DNA of 64,000 nt, taken from contig CAZDHX010000005.1 of the NCBI GenBank assembly GCA_964505425.1, forward strand, positions 3,726 through 67,725, given 5' to 3'. Source of the DNA: an uncultured Dehalococcoidales bacterium. GTDB taxonomy: Bacteria > Chloroflexota > Dehalococcoidia > Dehalococcoidales > BS750m-G39. Under the pieces are notes generated by a model. That model was given only the letters and a program-made list of their open reading frames with translations. It had not been told where the DNA came from and did not search any database. Shown piece by piece: positions 61,983 to 64,000 of this stretch (position 1 is the first letter of the stretch; each line of letters opens with the position of its first letter). A program made the translations under genes and the position numbers.

Positions 61983-63131
61983 ATGATAAAGAGGATTTTC
62001 CCCATCCTCGCCCTAGCCATCTTCTCCTCAATGCTTGGGGTAGGGATAATATCTCCCCTGCTGCCCATTTACGCCGAGAATATGGGAGCCACAGGAATAT
62101 GGATAGGTATAATCTTTGCTGGCTATTCTATCTCGCGAAGCATAATTATGCCTATGACTGGCAGGCTTTCCGACCGCAGTGGACGAAAGCTGTTTATCGC
62201 CATCGGTCTTATCATCACCTCAATTATGTCACTGGGCTATATATGGGCAAATAGCCCCTCCCAGCTAATCTTAGTCCGCTTTCTTCACGGTGCTGCCTCG
62301 GGCATGATTCAGCCCATCGCCCAGGCTTATATCGGCGATGTCGCCCCGGAGGGCGAGGAGGGAAAATGGATGGGCTACTTCAACACTGCCTTCTTCGCCG
62401 GTTTTGGCTGTGGTCCCCTGATGGGTGGGGTATTAACCGACCATTTTGGTATGGCCGTTGCCTTCGGTACTATGGGTGCTCTTAATCTGCTGGCCTTTTT
62501 GACCGTGGTTTTTTACCTTCCCGAGGTTAGACTGAGCAAGAGTGCAGCCGGCGCCCCTCCATCATTTAAAGAGATGAGCACCAGTGACATGGTGAAGGGT
62601 CTTTTTGGTTTTCAGCTAGCCTTTTCCGTCGGCAGGGGAACCTTCGCTACCTTTCTCCCCATCTTTGCCGCTATATACTTTGGCTTGAACCTGACCCACA
62701 TCGGGATACTATTGGCAGTTAATATCTTGATGATGGCATTCCTCCAAATATATGGTGGTAATATTGCCGATAGGTTCAATAGAAAAGCCTTGGTAATCAT
62801 TGGCGGTCTTGTTAATATCAGCTACTTGGCTCTGATTCCCCTGGGGGGCAACTTCTGGTATCTATTAGGGATATGTGCCCTCGGTGGTGTTGCTGGCGCA
62901 ATTTCGACACCAGCTCTCTCAGCCCTGACTGTGGAGGAGGGCAGAAGGTTCGGTATGGGCTCGACGGTGGCTATTATAGCTATGTCATTAAGCATGGGCA
63001 TAGCCATAGGACCACTGCTGGGTGGGGTGATATATGACTTTATAAACGTTAATTCCGTATTCTACTTCGCGGCGATTGTTGGCGTTATCGGAACCGGCTT
63101 ATTTGCCTGGCTTGCCCGCTTGAGGGGTTAA
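61983..63131 (+). CDS. MFS transporter
   Basis: 382 aa with ~12 TM segments and the MFS loop motif GRLSDRSGRK between TM2 and TM3. Confidence 0.8.
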   Translation: MIKRIFPILALAIFSSMLGVGIISPLLPIYAENMGATGIWIGIIFAGYSISRSIIMPMTGRLSDRSGRKLFIAIGLIITSIMSLGYIWANSPSQLILVRFLHGAASGMIQPIAQAYIGDVAPEGEEGKWMGYFNTAFFAGFGCGPLMGGVLTDHFGMAVAFGTMGALNLLAFLTVVFYLPEVRLSKSAAGAPPSFKEMSTSDMVKGLFGFQLAFSVGRGTFATFLPIFAAIYFGLNLTHIGILLAVNILMMAFLQIYGGNIADRFNRKALVIIGGLVNISYLALIPLGGNFWYLLGICALGGVAGAISTPALSALTVEEGRRFGMGSTVAIIAMSLSMGIAIGPLLGGVIYDFINVNSVFYFAAIVGVIGTGLFAWLARLRG

Positions 63132-63135
63132 ATGC

Positions 63136-63369
63136 CTACTTCTCACCCCGCAACTGCTTCCACCTCTCCTCCCCCAGGCACTTACGGGCGGAAGCACACC
63201 ACTCAATACATGAGGGGAGCTTCTCCCTAAAGACATTCTTACCGCACTTGGGGCACTTGACCCTATTTTCATCGGAGAAGATTTCAACCTCGGCGCCGCA
63301 GTGGGGGCACTTATATAATTCCACCCGCAGATTTCTGAATTCCTGACCCGGACACTTGTTATACACCAC
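63136..63369 (-). CDS. Small zinc-ribbon protein
   Basis: CPHCGAEV...CPKCGKNV (two CxxC pairs) plus extra Cys residues. GTG start. Confidence 0.5.
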   Translation of the reverse strand: MVYNKCPGQEFRNLRVELYKCPHCGAEVEIFSDENRVKCPKCGKNVFREKLPSCIEWCASARKCLGEERWKQLRGEK

Positions 63370-63397
63370 CCTAACCTCCCAGACTAAGAGGATAGTG

Positions 63398-63571
63398 CTA
63401 CAGGCTCTTGCCTGCCTTGAGTCGCTCTATCATCGACGGAAAGATATCCGAATAAACGGTGCGGTAGGGACCCTCTAGCATATTGGCTTCAAGCCACTTC
63501 CCCAGCTCTTTTCTAGCCTCTATCTTTCCTGCCTCCCGTGCTTCCGCCAGTTCAGACTTTTTGCCGTCCAT
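63398..63571 (-). CDS. Small hypothetical protein (57 aa)
   Basis: Below the track cutoff and translated by hand: MDGKKSELAEAREAGKIEARKELGKWLEANMLEGPYRTVYSDIFPSMIERLKAGKSL. GAGGGAGAAG SD. Directly upstream of the Zn-ribbon ORF. Confidence 0.35.
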   Translation of the reverse strand: MDGKKSELAEAREAGKIEARKELGKWLEANMLEGPYRTVYSDIFPSMIERLKAGKSL

Positions 63572-63597
63572 ATCGCTCTTCTCCCTCAGCTTTCTTA

Positions 63598-63674
63598 TGG
63601 TGGGCCATTCTGGACTCGAACCAGAGACCCCAGTCTTATCAGGACTGTGCTCTAACCAACTGAGCTAATGGCCC
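63598..63674 (-). tRNA. tRNA-Ile (anticodon GAU), CCA encoded
   Basis: Minus strand reads GGGCCAT-TA-GCTC-AGTTGGTT-AGAGC-A-CAGTC-CTGATAA-GACTG-GGGTC-TCTGG-TTCGAGT-CCAGA-ATGGCCC-ACCA, a full cloverleaf with all stems paired. Not linked to any rRNA gene in the window. Confidence 0.9.
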
Positions 63675-63727
63675 AAAAGACATTCTATTTTACGATAGAG
63701 CGGCCTGATAAATCAACCGCTTAAATA

Positions 63728-64000
63728 TCATGCGCAAAAGGCTTTAACAATGGCTAGGACTATCATGAATGAAAATATTAATATAGGTAAAAGTAAAGTT
63801 ATTTGGAACCAATCACGTATACCCAAACAGCAAGGTTTTGTAAAAACGTATTTCAGCAATTCTTCTATACGCAGGTTTGCTTCACGCCTTGCTTTTGCCC
63901 AATCTTTGACCTTTGTATCTGAGTTAGGTATAAGTATTTTATTGAAACCAGACTCAGTTTCTATACGTTGGTTAAGACCGATTGCGCAGTTCAGACGATT
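63728..64000 (-). CDS. Partial CDS (C-terminal 90 codons; N-terminus beyond window edge) ending in a TM segment
   Basis: Hand translation of the minus strand entering from position 64000: ...KDWAKARREANLRIEELLKYVFTKPCCLGIRDWFQITLLLPILIFSFMIVLAIVKAFCA-stop (TGA at 63728-63730). AT-rich. No family recognised. Confidence 0.35.
   Translation of the reverse strand, partial: NRLNCAIGLNQRIETESGFNKILIPNSDTKVKDWAKARREANLRIEELLKYVFTKPCCLGIRDWFQITLLLPILIFSFMIVLAIVKAFCA

Overview
This 64-kb window is bacterial chromosome. Its gene content fits a Chloroflexota/Dehalococcoidia-like anaerobe: an archaeal-type FBP aldolase/phosphatase, an AmmeMemoRadiSam trio, a short EF-Ts, a ThrRS without a TGS domain, and a serine-recombinase island abutting ssrA. 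That taxonomic call is inference only.

The backbone is housekeeping:
- coaE, rplU-rpmA-rpmE, hisI/hisA and an acyl-CoA carboxyltransferase
- cobO-fbp-rdgB-moaA-(rnhA::moaC) and dnaN
- smpB-ssrA
- rpsB-tsf-pyrH-frr-uppS-cdsA-dxr-rseP-ispG
- proS, and thrS-infC-rpmI-rplT ... pheS-pheT
- an MFS transporter and tRNA-Ile(GAU)

Visibly AT-richer accessory insertions interrupt this backbone:
- a partial TM + macro-like protein at the left edge
- a lone RelA/SpoT (toxSAS/CapRel-like) gene
- a small serine-recombinase element fused to the 3' end of dnaN
- an ~8-kb island (Cas4-like nuclease, PIG-L deacetylase, unknown protein, 1199-aa type IIG/PglX-like NPPY methyltransferase) ending in a second large serine recombinase whose ORF overlaps the 3' end of the tmRNA gene
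- a type II R-M pair inserted between rplT and pheS
- an HNH-like ORF

Between the two recombinases lies a 15-kb, 17-gene co-directional sulfur (possibly selenium)/Mo-cofactor supercluster behind an Rrf2 regulator. The most novel candidate there is a 153-aa Cys-rich protein ending in LLGGG-stop. It sits between a ThiF-type E1 plus cysteine desulfurase and CysK/CysE, which suggests an atypical protein-thiocarboxylate sulfur carrier.

Other observations:
- a composite GC-rich hairpin repeat family in intergenic regions
- apparent AUU/AUA start codons for rplU, uppS and infC, and possibly hisA
- consensus sigma70-like promoters that would give leaderless or near-leaderless mRNAs

All functional calls come from motif reading by eye. 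No database search was possible.
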